Positions 50,031 through 62,178 of a stretch of 64,000 nt of DNA are shown here, one piece after another. Both the position numbers and the translations under genes were made by a program. Where the stretch lies: positions 25,358,001 to 25,422,000 of the forward strand of contig OZ360236.1 in the NCBI GenBank assembly GCA_977017645.1. The letters are read 5' to 3'. Within the stretch, counting starts at the first letter, position 1. Each line of letters opens with the position of its first letter. The DNA comes from Torpedo marmorata. Taxonomy: Eukaryota. The notes beneath the pieces were generated by a model. The model was not told the DNA's origin, did no database searches, and worked only from the letters and a program-made list of their open reading frames with translations.

Positions 50031-50699
50031 TTAAACAAAAGGACGAGAACTTCAACAGTTTTCCTGCTTTTATATTTTTAGTGGGGAAGGGGAGTTGATA
50101 TTGGACTGGGATCCATGTGAAATCTGTGGTAGGGAACTTCCAGAACATGCACAAAATGATTTCATAAATACAGACAGCTTCTTTAAAGTTGGATCTCAAA
50201 GTTCAGAGCTATAAATAACGAGAACATTCTGTAACTAAAGAACAAAAGTTGAGAAATTTTATTACTTAACACCTTTTTTGGAACTGCACAACATAATTTC
50301 AAATTCACATGGATTAAAAAAAACACAGGCAGGAGATCACTGCTAGTTGAAATGGCACTGATCATAAAATCAAACAGGGCACTTCTGTGCACCAATCATG
50401 TTAGCATGCCTGATATTTTTATGATGTCAAGTGGATACCAAAATAACGTCATTATTTTTGCAGCACCCAATTTTGCTTATATATATTTAACTGAGCATTA
50501 TGGAACAGCCTGTGTTGAAGCTTGTTAGTTTGTTGCTGATTTTGGTATTTAACGGGGACGCTCTTGTCATCAGAAGCCCTGATTAAGTACCTTTGGAAAT
50601 AACTACAGACTGCTCAAATGTCTTCCAAAGTCTAGAATCTGCTGAAACTAACTCTCTGGGATTAAGTTGCTGAAATACTACCTTTCTTGAGCTCTCTGT

Positions 50700-51925
50700 C
50701 TTCATTTCGAGAGACAAGCATTCTACAGACATTTTTAAAAAACCTACCAACTCCCACAACTACCTTGACTACACTTTTTAAACACCCAGTCCCCTGCAAG
50801 GATTCCATTCCTTTCTTTCAATTTCTCCGTCGTATGTGTTCCCAAGATGAGGCCTTCCAGTCCAGACCATCTGAAATGTCCTCCTTCTTCCAAAAACATG
50901 GCTTCCCCGCCACCACCAACTCAGCCTTTACCTGCATCTCCTCCATTCCCTGCTCATCTGCCCTGGCCCCCTCTGCCCCCAGATGCAACAAAAACAGGAT
51001 TCCCCTTGTCCTCACTAACCACCCAACCAGCCTCCGCATCCAACACATTATCCTCCGTAATATCCGCAACCTACATCATGATCCCACCACAAGATGCATC
51101 TTCCCTTGTCCTTCCCTCTCTGCCTTCCGCAGGCACTGCTCCCTCCGTGACTGTCTCGTCCACTCATCCCTTCCCATTAATCGTCCCCTTGGCCGCAGGA
51201 AGTGCCACACCTGCGCCCACACCTTCTCCCGCACCACCATTTGGGGCCCCAAACAGTCCTTCCAAATGAAGCAACAGTTCACTTGTGTATCTGTGGCAGT
51301 CATCTACTGCATCCGGTGCTCACATTATGGCCTTATCTACATCTGAGAGGCCGGATGCAGGTTGGGAGGTCACTTCGCTGAGCACCTTCGCTCTGTCCAC
51401 ATCAGTGACAGAGATCTCTCAGTGGCCAACCATTTCAATTCTTCGGCCTAATCCCACGTTGACATGTCTGTATATGATCTCATGTACTGTCAAACCAAGA
51501 CCACCCAGAAATTGGAGGAGCAACACCTAATTTTCCATCTGAGCACTCTGCAAACAGATGGCATTAACATTGACTTGTCTCCGGTTTCTGCTAGACCACT
51601 CCCGTTCTCCCTTTCTTCCCCATCCTTCTGTCCTCTTTCCTCCAGCTCTCCACCCCCTTCCCTCTCCATTCACAGAGCTATCCCCCCTCCCCCTGTTTCC
51701 TGGTGTGCCCTCCCTCCCTTATCCACCCATTTCCTCCTGCCTGTGGGACTGTGCTCCTCCTCCTGCCCCTCCCACCCCCATCATTTTATTCAGGCACCTG
51801 CCTACATTTTGTTCATACCTTGATACAGGGCTCAAGCCCAAAAGGTTGGTTTTGTATCTTTATCTTTGCTACATAAAGTACACTGTTTGACCTGCTGAGT
51901 TTCTCCAGCATTGTGTTTTTACTAC
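50700..51925 (+). mobile_element. Penelope-like element (RT C-terminus, GIY-YIG, 3' end)
   Basis: SIPFFQFLRR, RIPLVLTNHP, AFRR..SLRD.LV, VIYCIRC, KLEEQHLIF. Confidence 0.9.
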
Positions 51926-52151
51926 TTTACTATGTTTGATACAGCTAGCAGCACTCTGTCAATGAAGGCCTCAATGGGGTCTTGGCTAGGTAACTGAACG
52001 TGGGTCCGATTCCTTGCACCAGGAAGCAAATACATGGCCATCTGCAAATAAACCACTTCCAAAGTGTCTTCAGGGACATCACACCTCAACCTCTCCAATG
52101 ACAATATAGTTGCATTCACCAGCTTGGGTTTTCCAAAGAGGTAATCACTGA

Positions 52152-52393
52152 TTTAAAAAAAAATTAAATTTAGACATACAGCACGGTAACCCGTGCCGCC
52201 CAATTACACCCAATTGACCAATATCCCCGGTACGTTTTTTTGAACGGTGGGAGGAAACTGGAGCCCCCGGGGAAAAGCCATGCAGACACGGGGAGAACGT
52301 ACAAACTCCTTACAGACAGCGCAGGATTCGAACCCCGGTCCTGATCGCTGGCGCTGTAACAGCGTTTGCGCTAACCGCTATGTTAACCGTGCC
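52152..52393 (-). mobile_element. V-SINE
   Basis: Same family as 36873; B box GGTTCGAATCC on the minus strand. Confidence 0.88.
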
Positions 52394-52721
52394 ACTGGCA
52401 CTGAGGAGTACAATATGCTGCCAAACAACGCTTGTCTACAATCACGCATCAAGATTATTCTCACGTTGAATGACAAGCAGTCCCAGCAGATTACAGTGTC
52501 TTTCCAGACTTGCTGTTCTCCGCTGCATCAGAGAGATCATTTACCAACTATATCACAAAGAAAGAATTTTGCCTTCAATGATTTCCAGGAAGAACAATTA
52601 GTATGAGAGGCACAGGGATTTGCCAGCATTGCTGGCTTCATGCAAGTTCAAGATGTTATTCACTGTAGTTATGTGCACACTAGGACTATGTTGATATCTC
52701 AAATTATTCATAAACCAGAAA

Positions 52722-52865
52722 GATTCTTGATTAGTAATGATGTCAAAAGTTATGGGAACAGAAAAATAGGTTTGAAATGAAGATTACATCGGCCATAATT
52801 CGAATGGCAGAGCAGACTCTATGGGCTAAATGGCCTAATATTGCTCCTATCTGTTATGGTCTGAA
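52722..52865 (+). mobile_element. CR1 3' tail
   Basis: GAATGGCAGAGCAGACTC.ATGGGCTAAATGGCCTA..TGCTCCTAT. Confidence 0.7.
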
Positions 52866-54734
52866 GGTTTCCACTCTCCCAATGTACACATTATTTTGGA
52901 TTAAGAGGAGGTTTCCCTCATGGTGAATTATGTTCCCAGGAAGCATCCATGACTCCTTCATCCTCAGGGAGTTCAGACAAGCAGATCTTTTCAATGGTTG
53001 GTGCTGCTGAGAAGGTTGGAACTTGGACAATGACCACCCTCATCGTTCCCGTCTTCACACACCTCTGCTGCCACGTCTGACTGTAGTTGCCCTGAGAGCT
53101 GTGCAAGGATCAGAATCATGGTTCAAAATGCGGATGGTCTCCTGAAGATGAGATTTCATTGCTTTCATCAGTCCTACATTGGATTCATGAGTGTCCTACA
53201 TTGGAGATTCATGAGTGTCATGCTGCATGCTGCACGACCTTGCTAATCAAAGACTGCTGGAAGAAGAGACCAGAGTCCTGGACTCTGAAGTTCAAGGGTC
53301 CGGGCCCAGAGAGCTGCAGGACAAGGAGAAAGATGAAGCAACCAGGGTGATTCCTTACTCAGCATCCAAAGCCTCTTTCTGGCTGGAGAGAGGAGACAGG
53401 CACTAACCAGACAGAATATTAGAAGCTCCCTAATGAGGAATCAATTTTCATTAAGAGCCTCCAAAGTAAGATTATTCACGACAAACTAAATGACCATCTC
53501 CATACTTCAATTGTTATTACCAGCAGTGTGAACCAAAGATTAAGTTCAAGAGTTCAGGATATGAATCTTTGTACATCTTTCTTTGCCCACCTGCACTGAA
53601 ATGAATACACGAACACAGTTCCTGCTCTAATCATCTTAATGGGATGCCCTCACAACTCTCGCTAAGTTGCATGAGGAAATCAGATCTCTGCACAAAATCA
53701 CAGAATTGTTAGAACAGGGAAAGAGGCCCTTTCATCCACTAAATTCATACTGGTTCCTTGTCCCATTTTTCCAAGAGCTTCACTCTCTTCCCAGAGCTCT
53801 GCATATTTTTTCCTTTCAATTACTTTTCCTGATTACTTTTAAACACAATTTTAATCTGTCTGCACCATTCCTCCTGGGTTGTGTGCACCAGTTCCTAATC
53901 ACTCACTGTATCAGAACATTTTCCTGTCCGCATATACCTGCAAATCTAAGTTCTTATAACCTTTTTAGAATCAAAACTTTGCTTAAAATGGTCTCCTCTC
54001 ATTCTTCCTGCAAAGCAGAACTTTTCCATCATGCCTGCTAATGTGTGCATTGCTATTGTGTGGCTGTCAAGGGGAATGTGTCATGAAGGCATGATAGACA
54101 CATCTGAAGACTATTCTGCTAAGTGCAAGACTGAGTGAGGTTCCATTCGGAATCCTGTGTAAGTGTTTGCTTCTGGGTATGAACTGTTCCAACACCATTT
54201 CCAACTGTATTTTGGCCAATTTCAATATTTATTTGCAGGGAACCAAATTGAGCTTCACTGGTAGCAAAAGAGAAATTGATGCAATTCAATATCAAGGTAA
54301 ACATTCAAGGGCAGTAAATGGAATTCTGTAGCATATCAAAAAGAAATCAAATGAACAAGCCTAAGTGCAATTAGTTCCTGATTTGTTATTTTGATTTGCA
54401 AAATTGTAGAAAGCTGTTATTAGATGCAATATCCTTCCTAATTTGAGCATAATGTAACAACATGACACCCAATACAATGAATAAGCAATACAATGGTGAA
54501 TTGGTGTTTCTAGCTTTTGAAGAAAAATTCAGATAATGCAAAAACTTGATCATCAAAGGAACTTTCATTGGCACTGACAATGAGCACTTTGGGAGAAACC
54601 CTACATTGGTTGTCAATGTGGGATATAACCTGAGAACTGAATTCCTCATTGAAACGCAAAAATGTCTTCAGTGGATGAGAAGGCAAATGCAGAGTTTGAT
54701 GTTTCCCATGACTGGGGTGACCGGAACCTGGAAT

Positions 54735-55015
54735 CACAGTCTTCTAATAAGGAGTTGGTCATTCAGGGTAAGATAGGAAGAGGAGTCTTCAACCAGAGGG
54801 TAATGAATCTTGCAATTGCTCCAGCAAAGCAGACTGCATAAGATAAATTGCAGGGCACAAACTGGTATATTTTTGGATACTTAGAAGATCAAGAGATATG
54901 GGTCATTGCATAATAGTAGCACTGCGGTAAAAGATCAATGGTGATCTTATTGAATGCCAGTACAATCACGAGGAGCTGGCTGGCCTAATGACATTTCTAT
55001 TCCTAAAGTGCTTGT
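54735..55015 (+). mobile_element. Old CR1 3' fragment
   Basis: HSLLIR..FR...FNQRVMNL-like frame and CR1 3' end. Confidence 0.6.
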
Positions 55016-56195
55016 ATTTTTATATCAATTTAAAACCTCCGATATATGTGGGGATTATAGTTGCTGAGAAAATTTTGTCTCTTGTGAAGGGATTGGCAAA
55101 GATGCCCCAAGATTTTGTTTGTTGATAACTAAATCTATCCAATGCTTTGAGATGCTGATTTAGCCTGGAACACCGATTCCAGGCTAAAAGAAGTTTGTTC
55201 TTCAAAAGGCTCCAGTTTTTGTTTGCTTTAAGAAGTTGTGGACTTCACTGGTCAGTTTTCATGAAATTAGTTTCCCCACAGCAGGATGATGATACTTCCA
55301 TGGAAGGTGGCTGAGGAAATCTGAAGGGAAGACATTGCTTACCTTCTCTACATCAGATATCTCGTCCTATCTCAAAATGATGGAACTTGATTTGCACCAA
55401 TGCAGACACGAATCAAGAACTTCAGTGGACACAAGGCAAAGCAGATTTTTCTCAACATTTTCACTTCAGTTTCTTTCATCCTCACTAAAATATGACCCAG
55501 GCAAACCTTGTGTCTGGGCCCTTTCATATTAAAGTGCCTCAAGTTGGAAGACTGCAAGTTTCATAATAAAAGCTTGATGATGCATTTGAGTTTTCACCTT
55601 CCTTATAGGTAAAATGTCCTTTCAAAATATGAGTTTGGACTACGAATCTCATTCAACCATGGAAAATATACAGTCCATCGGGTATTGACATTCTCAAGAC
55701 AGTTGTCTTCTGTGAGACCACATTGGAGACTTTGCCCAATCATTAAAACATTAAAGGTGATACTCTGAGTTTGACTAATTTTAATCAAAATATAGTAAAA
55801 TTTTTAGAATATACTGTCCATGATGTTCTAGTTCCACAGATTTTACCTAATGCAAGGCTGTATCATGCGTCAAGGCCAACAATTTAAAAATGGTTTCCTA
55901 AGGAAGTATTTACCCTGCTGATATTGTGCAATGTGAGGTGATTCTTAATGCCAACATAAGCCAGGTCTGAGTAGCACTTTCATCGCAGGAAACATTCCAT
56001 CTCAGGATTACAATGGAAAGCAGAAAATGCAACACATTTCAAGTTCAGTTATGTTACATGGTGTCATGACAACAATTGTTTACATCTATTTCATAAATAG
56101 CTGCTGTGGTAAACCAGCCAGTGCTTGGTTTAGTGAGATATTTACAGCAAAATAAAAGTTCCTTTGTCACAAGCATAAGAATCAGTCTGAATCTT

Positions 56196-57970
56196 TTTAA
56201 AAAATATATTTTATTTAAATTTTCAAATCACAAAATACATAAAATAAAATGCATATATTTGAAAATACATGTGATATACATTTTCTCCCCCCTTCCCACC
56301 CTCCCCTCCCTAACCCCTATATCCCCACTACTCTAAAAAAAAATAGTAAAGAGAAAAAGAAAAAAGAAAGATAGAAAAATAGAGTGAGGAGAAAACAAGC
56401 TTCAAACTAATTCTACCATAGAGGTTATTTTCGCCAGTGGATCCGATATCCAGAGAGTTTAAATTGTTAAACCCATAATTCTCATATATGGGCCCCAAAT
56501 TTTCAAGAAAAAATGATATTTGTTACGCAAATTATAGGTATTTTTTTCTAATGGTATACATGAACGTAATTCTGCATGCCATCTTTCTAAATTTAAATCT
56601 ACATCTGACTTCCAAGTAATAGCTATACACTTTTTCGAAACTGCTAATACTATACGTAGAAATTCAACTTGGTACATATTTAATCTATTTCTAATACTAA
56701 ATTTTCTAATATCTCCAAATAAAAATAACATAGGATCCATCATAAACACAACATTAAAAATTCTCTCTAAAAAATTCTTAACTTTCAACCAAAATTCTTG
56801 AATTTTTGAACATAACCATGTACAGTGAACAAAAGAGCCTATTTCACTCTTACATCTAAAACACATATCGGATAATGCTGGATTAAATTTCTTCAATTTT
56901 TTAGGTGTTAAATATAATTGATGAAAGAAATTATATTGTACTAGTCTATATCTAACATTAATAACTTTAGTCATACTTAATTTACATAAATCTTTCCAAT
57001 GATTTTCATCTATATTAACATTTAAGTCTAGTTCCCATTTTAATCTAGATTTATGTAACCCTACTTTAGACATCTTTCTCTGAAATAGTTTATACATTTG
57101 CGATATAAACTTATTAATATTAACTTTAGTAATTAACAGTTCCAATTCATTTTGTCTTGGTGCTACTAATTCATTCCCTAATATCTCAGTCAAAAAGGCT
57201 TTAACTTGAAAATAAACTAACATTGTATTATCTAGTATATTAAATTTTTCTTTTAACCTTTGAAAAGTAACAAATCTACCAGCTTCAAAACAATCTTTCA
57301 AGGTCTTAATTCCCTTTTGAAACCATAATTTAAGTAACTGATTATCAATAGAGAATGGTATAAGCAAATTTTGGTATATTGGTGTATTTAAAGAAATTGA
57401 TCCTTTCCGACCTATTTCTTTATCTACCTGTGACCAAATTTCCAACAAATGTTTAATAATTGGTGAATTTTTCTTTTTAGCTAATAATAATTTAGAGTTC
57501 CACTTATAAATAATCTCTTCTTTATGTATTTCTTCTATATTATTCAATTCTATATTAATCCAAGCAGAAGATTTAGTTGAATCAAAAAATTCATTAATAA
57601 ATTTTAATTGGGCTGCTTTATAGTAATACTGAAAATTAGGAAGTTGCAGTCCTCCCATCTCATAATTCCATGTTAATTTATCTATACTTACTCTTTCCAA
57701 CTTTCCTTTCCATAAAAATTTCCTAATAACAAATTTTAAATCCTTAAAAAATTTATTTGGGATTCCAAAAGGAATCGATTGAAAAATATATTGAATTCTT
57801 GGAAAAACATTCATTTTGATACAATTTACTCTTCCCATCAAAGTTATAGGTAAGTCTTTCCAAAGTTCTAAATCTTTTTTTATTTTCATGAATAAAGGTA
57901 TATAGTTTAATTTATACAAATTTTCCAACTTTGTATCCACTTTAACTCCCAGATATTTAATACTTTCTTT
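56196..57970 (-). mobile_element. L1-clade LINE, 5'-truncated, open ORF2 C-terminus (~495 aa), with TSD
   Basis: KYLGVK, GRVNCIKMN, GGLQLPNF, CFRC..GSFVHCTWLC; 18-bp TSD AGAATCAGTCTGAATCTT at 56178-56195 and 57971-57988. Confidence 0.94.
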
Positions 57971-58167
57971 AGAATCAGTCTGAATCTTGTATTTTTATGG
58001 ACAAGTGCACATGCATTTGAATCCACTGCTCTGACATACTAAATTTGCTCAGCAAAGTTTCAGATATAATGCTGAATAAGTAAAAATTGATACTTCCAGT
58101 GCTTCAAATGTCAAGGCAAAGAATAAAATCTCTTTTTTGGTGGAATTGGAGAGAAATACTGGATAGA

Positions 58168-58274
58168 TCCGGGATAGATCTGCAGGTCCACTGTAGGTCT
58201 GTTTTATGTCTATTAAAGCCTATGGTTCGTTTACCCACTCATAGTCTCTTGAGTGCTAATTGATAGGTATATCA
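58168..58274 (+). repeat. 5' LTR, 3' portion only
   Basis: Matches 62391-62497; ends TATATCA. Confidence 0.92.
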
Positions 58275-58297
58275 ATTTAATAGACATAATAAAAGTA

Positions 58298-59719
58298 ATG
58301 GAAAGCGCCCTCCGACCGGACCGACTGGACATCGACCCTTTAGCTCCTGATGCTGGCCACGCGTTCGAACACTGGCTACGCTGCCTCCGATCGTTCTCAA
58401 CAGCGGTCAAGGCCGAAAGCGACGAGCAGAAACTGGAGGTCCTCGTATCCAGGGTAAGCCCTCGGTTGTATTCGACTATTTGGAAACGCGAAACGTACAC
58501 CGAGGCGATGGAGGCACTGAAAAAGATCTACGTAACCCCTGTTAATGAGGTCTACGCAAGGTACAGACTATCGTTGCGAAAACAGCGGGCCGGGGAGTCG
58601 ATAGTGGACTTCGTCAGGGACATCCAGTCCCTAGTGCGAGCGTGCGCCTGTAAAGCACTGACCGAAGAACAACACGTTGATCTGCTGGAGAGGGACACAT
58701 TTATCATGGGGATGAGGTCAGTATATGTACGCCAGCGGCTGCTGGAGCACTCCGACCTCGATCTCCGTTCCGCGGTGGCGATGGCTCGCACGCTGGAGTC
58801 CGCGCTGCAGAACTCTGATGCTATGCAGACGCGGGACCCCCAGCCTAATGCGTGGATTGCCCCGTCCCCCAGCCCCACCGATCCAACTGTGGCCGCTGTG
58901 GCCCGCGACCCGACTGTTGCCGCCGCTACCCGCGACCCGATCGCTACCGACACTACGCTCACCGCCGCAGCTGTTAATCGCGAGCCCGAGAAGTGCTACT
59001 TCTGCGGGCTCGACAAGCATCCGAGGAAGCGCTGCCCGGCCCGCGACGCGACTTGTTCCAACTGCGGCAAGAAAGGCCACTATGCGAAGGCCTGCCGCTC
59101 CAAGCCGCGCGCGGGCCCGAGTAGTGCCGCGTGCGAGAGATGGGAGCGGCCATCTTACAGACTGGCACTTCCGGCGCCGACCGCGTGTGAGGAATGGAAG
59201 CGGCCATCTTTCATGCTGGCACTTCCGGTGCCGCCATCTCATAGCAGTACTTCGGTACTCCCTACACTTCCGGTGCCGCCAATTTGTAAAGAGACCTCCA
59301 GTGACATGTGCAACCCACGGGAGCGGCCATTTTTAACGACCTCGGACCAAGACGACTTCACCCCAACTTTGGCATCCGTCACCCTCGACCAGAACGTTCC
59401 CCACCAGCTGGCAAGATCCATGATGGACATACTGGTCGAGGGACACAAGATAACGTGCTTATTCGACACTGGCAGCACTGAGAGCTTCATCCACCCGGAT
59501 ACTGTTCAACGCTGTGGCCTAACGATCGTACCGGTAAGCCAGAGGGTGGCCATGGCATCTGGGTCCCACACAACAGACATCCGGGGGGCGTGTGTGGCGA
59601 ACATTGTGGTACAAGGGACAGAGTACCGGCAATTTTCCTTGTTTGTCATGAACCGTTTGTGTGCGCCGGTGTTACTGGGTTTGGATTTTCAGAGCCATTT
59701 GCGGAGTGTTACAATGTGA
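58298..59719 (+). CDS. gag: Gag (CCHC-type zinc knuckles) + aspartic protease
   Basis: MESALRPDRLD; CYFCG..H...C and CSNCGKKGHYAKAC; LFDTGSTESF, VLLGLDF; ends at a TGA that is in frame with the RT ORF. Confidence 0.88.
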   Translation: MESALRPDRLDIDPLAPDAGHAFEHWLRCLRSFSTAVKAESDEQKLEVLVSRVSPRLYSTIWKRETYTEAMEALKKIYVTPVNEVYARYRLSLRKQRAGESIVDFVRDIQSLVRACACKALTEEQHVDLLERDTFIMGMRSVYVRQRLLEHSDLDLRSAVAMARTLESALQNSDAMQTRDPQPNAWIAPSPSPTDPTVAAVARDPTVAAATRDPIATDTTLTAAAVNREPEKCYFCGLDKHPRKRCPARDATCSNCGKKGHYAKACRSKPRAGPSSAACERWERPSYRLALPAPTACEEWKRPSFMLALPVPPSHSSTSVLPTLPVPPICKETSSDMCNPRERPFLTTSDQDDFTPTLASVTLDQNVPHQLARSMMDILVEGHKITCLFDTGSTESFIHPDTVQRCGLTIVPVSQRVAMASGSHTTDIRGACVANIVVQGTEYRQFSLFVMNRLCAPVLLGLDFQSHLRSVTM

Positions 59720-62178
59720 TATGACGGTCCTCTCCCTGCGATCACTGTGGCCAACCACCAGTTTCTGGATAGCATGCCCAAAACCACCTGTGGTCTCTCC
59801 ACCCTTAAGATCTCGCCTCCGTCGTTGTTTGCGAACCTGACGCCGGACTGTAGGCCTGTGGCAACTAAAAGCAGGCGTTACAGTGCCGAGGACAGAGCAT
59901 TTATCAAGACAGAGGTACAGAGATTGCTACAGGAAGGGATTATAGAGAAGAGTAATAGTCCCTGGAGAGCCCAGGTGGTTGTGGTAAAAGGGGCCAAGAG
60001 CAGAATGGTGGTGGACTACAGCCAAACCATCAACAGGTTTACGCTACTTGACGCATACCCGCTATCACGGATAGCGGAGATGGTGAACCAAATTGCCCAA
60101 TACCGGCTCTTCTCCACCATTGACTTGAAATCGGCATATCACCAGCTCCCTATCCGTCGGGAGGACCGTTCATACACCGCGTTCGAGGCAGATGGCAGGC
60201 TGTTCCAATTCCTGCGCCTTCCGTTTGGTGTTACTAATGGTGTTTCTGTTTTTCAGCGGGAGATGGACAGGATTGTGGACCATTACAAACTTAAAGCCAC
60301 TTTCCCATATCTTGACGACATTACCATCTGTGGTTATGATCGTCAGGATCATGACAACAACCTCCGGAGGTTCCTGCAGGCGGCCAAAGCCCTAAACCTC
60401 ACGTATAACAAAGAAAAATGCGTGTTTGGTACCACTCGCCTCGCTATTTTGGGTTATGTGGTCGAAAACGGGGTAATTGGACCAGACCCCGAACGCATGC
60501 GGCTCCTGCTGGAACTTCCGCTCTCCACCAACACCAGAGCCCTTAAACGATGCCTCGGGTTCTTTTCCTATTATGCGCAATGGGTCCCAAATTATGCGGA
60601 CAAGGCCTGACCCCTTGTGAAATCCACTGCATTTCCCCTTGTTTCGGAGGCACGTAAGGCATTCGACCTTATAAAAGGGGACATTGCGCGAGCAACAATG
60701 CACGCAGTGGATGAGGAGACACCTTTCCAGGTGGAGAGTGACGCATCGGACTTCGCGCTGGCTGCTACCCTCAACCAGGCGGGAAGGCCGGTGGCATTTT
60801 TCTCTCGAACCCTCCAGGGCCCCGAAATTCGGCACTCAGCGGTGGAGAAGGAAGCCCAGGCACTGGAGGCACTATCTCGCCGGTAAGCATTTTACCCTGC
60901 TGACAGATCAACGCTCTGTGGCATTCATGTTCAACAATCAACAGCGGGGTAAGATCAAGAATGACAAGATCATGAGGTGGAGAATAGAGCTCTCCACCTA
61001 CAATTACGACATCATGTACCGGCCCGGGAAGCTCAATGAGCCCTCCGATGCTCTATCCCGGGGATCGTGCACCAGCGCGCAGATCGACCGATTACACGCC
61101 CTACATGACGACCTATGCCACCCAGGAATTACCAGGTTCTTTCACTTCGTGAAGTCACAGAACCTGCCATACTCCCTGGAAGAGGTCAGGACAATGATCA
61201 GCAGTTGCCAGGTTCGCGCGGAGTGCAAACCCCAGTTCTACCGCCCCGACAAGGCACAGCTGGTCAAAGCCACTCGCCCCTTTGAACGTCTCAGCATTGA
61301 CTTCAAGGGGCCCCTTCCCTCCACGAACCGCAATGTGTACTTTCTGAACATTATTGACGAGTACTCGCGGTTCCCCTTCGCCATTCCCTGCCCCGACACT
61401 TCGGCTGCCTCAACCATAAAAGCTCTTCGCCAGGTATTTACGCTGTTCGGCTTCCCGAACTACATTCATAGCGACCGGGGATCAGCTTTTATGAGTGAGG
61501 AGCTGCGCCAGTACCTGCTGACCCAGGGCATCGCCACTAGTAGGACCACCGCATACAACCCCCAAGGTAATGGACAGGTGGAAAGGGAGAACGCCACTGT
61601 CTGGAAGGCGGCGCTCCTGGCTCTCAAGTCCAGGGGACTGCCGGTTTCCCGCTGGCAAGAGGTTCTCCCCGAAGCCCTCCATTCGATACGGTCCTTACTG
61701 TGCACAGCCACCAATGTAACACCTCATGAGAGATTTTTCTCCTTCTCCAGGAGGTCGAACACCGGAACCGCCCTGCCTGCCTGGCTGACGTCTCTGGGGC
61801 TGGTGCCGCAACCACCTTCGGAGCAGCAAATATGAGCCCGCGGTCCAGAGGGTGCAGTTAGCGCACGCTAACCCGCAGTACGCCTACGTGGTCTTCCCGG
61901 ATGGGAGAGAGGACACGGTCTCAATTCGGGACCTGGCGCCCGCGGGAGCGCCGGAGGAACCTCTCGACGGGCAAGGTCACTCACTGCGGCCCCTCCCTAT
62001 TCCCTCTTCTACAACGTCAGACCAGGCACCCTCGACGGAACCTACAATCCTGCCATCTCACCCAGCACCACAGGAGGAGGCGACAGCCTTGCCATCTTCC
62101 CCTGCACCACAACCCGCACCCAGGGTACTGCGCAGGTCACAAAGGCGAGCCAAACCACCGGATCGCCTTGACCTGTAA
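59720..62178 (+). pseudogene. pol: pol (RT, RNase H, integrase) with a stop at 60608-60610 and frameshifts near 60860 and 61800
   Basis: IDLKSAYHQ, LPFG, YLDD; ESDASD; HDDLCHPG..C..C; IDFKGP, HSDRG, NGQVER. Confidence 0.92.

Larger units (their letters stand above)
52050..53350 (+). pseudogene. PIF/Harbinger (HARBI1-like) transposase relic, interrupted by a V-SINE and a CR1 tail
   Basis: Collinear motifs translated by hand: CIHQLGFSKEVIT; GFASIAGFMQVQDVIHCSYV; FINQK|GFHSPNV; FPGSIHDSFILRE; ARIRIMVQNADGLLKMRFHC; SCCMLHDLA followed by an acidic tail. Confidence 0.8.

Noticed and set aside
54510-54729. Minus-strand acceptor + ORF resembling a terminal host exon
   Set aside because: The acceptor context comes from the adjacent CR1 fragment; no recognisable protein
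55338-55850. Strong minus-strand donor AG|GTAAGC with a putative upstream exon
   Set aside because: The upstream frames I translated contain stops; no product identifiable
56105-56116. TGTGGTAAACCA identical to the Gypsy LTR start
   Set aside because: Only 12 bp; homology stops there and the preceding bases do not match the 3' LTR flank (GTTTG)
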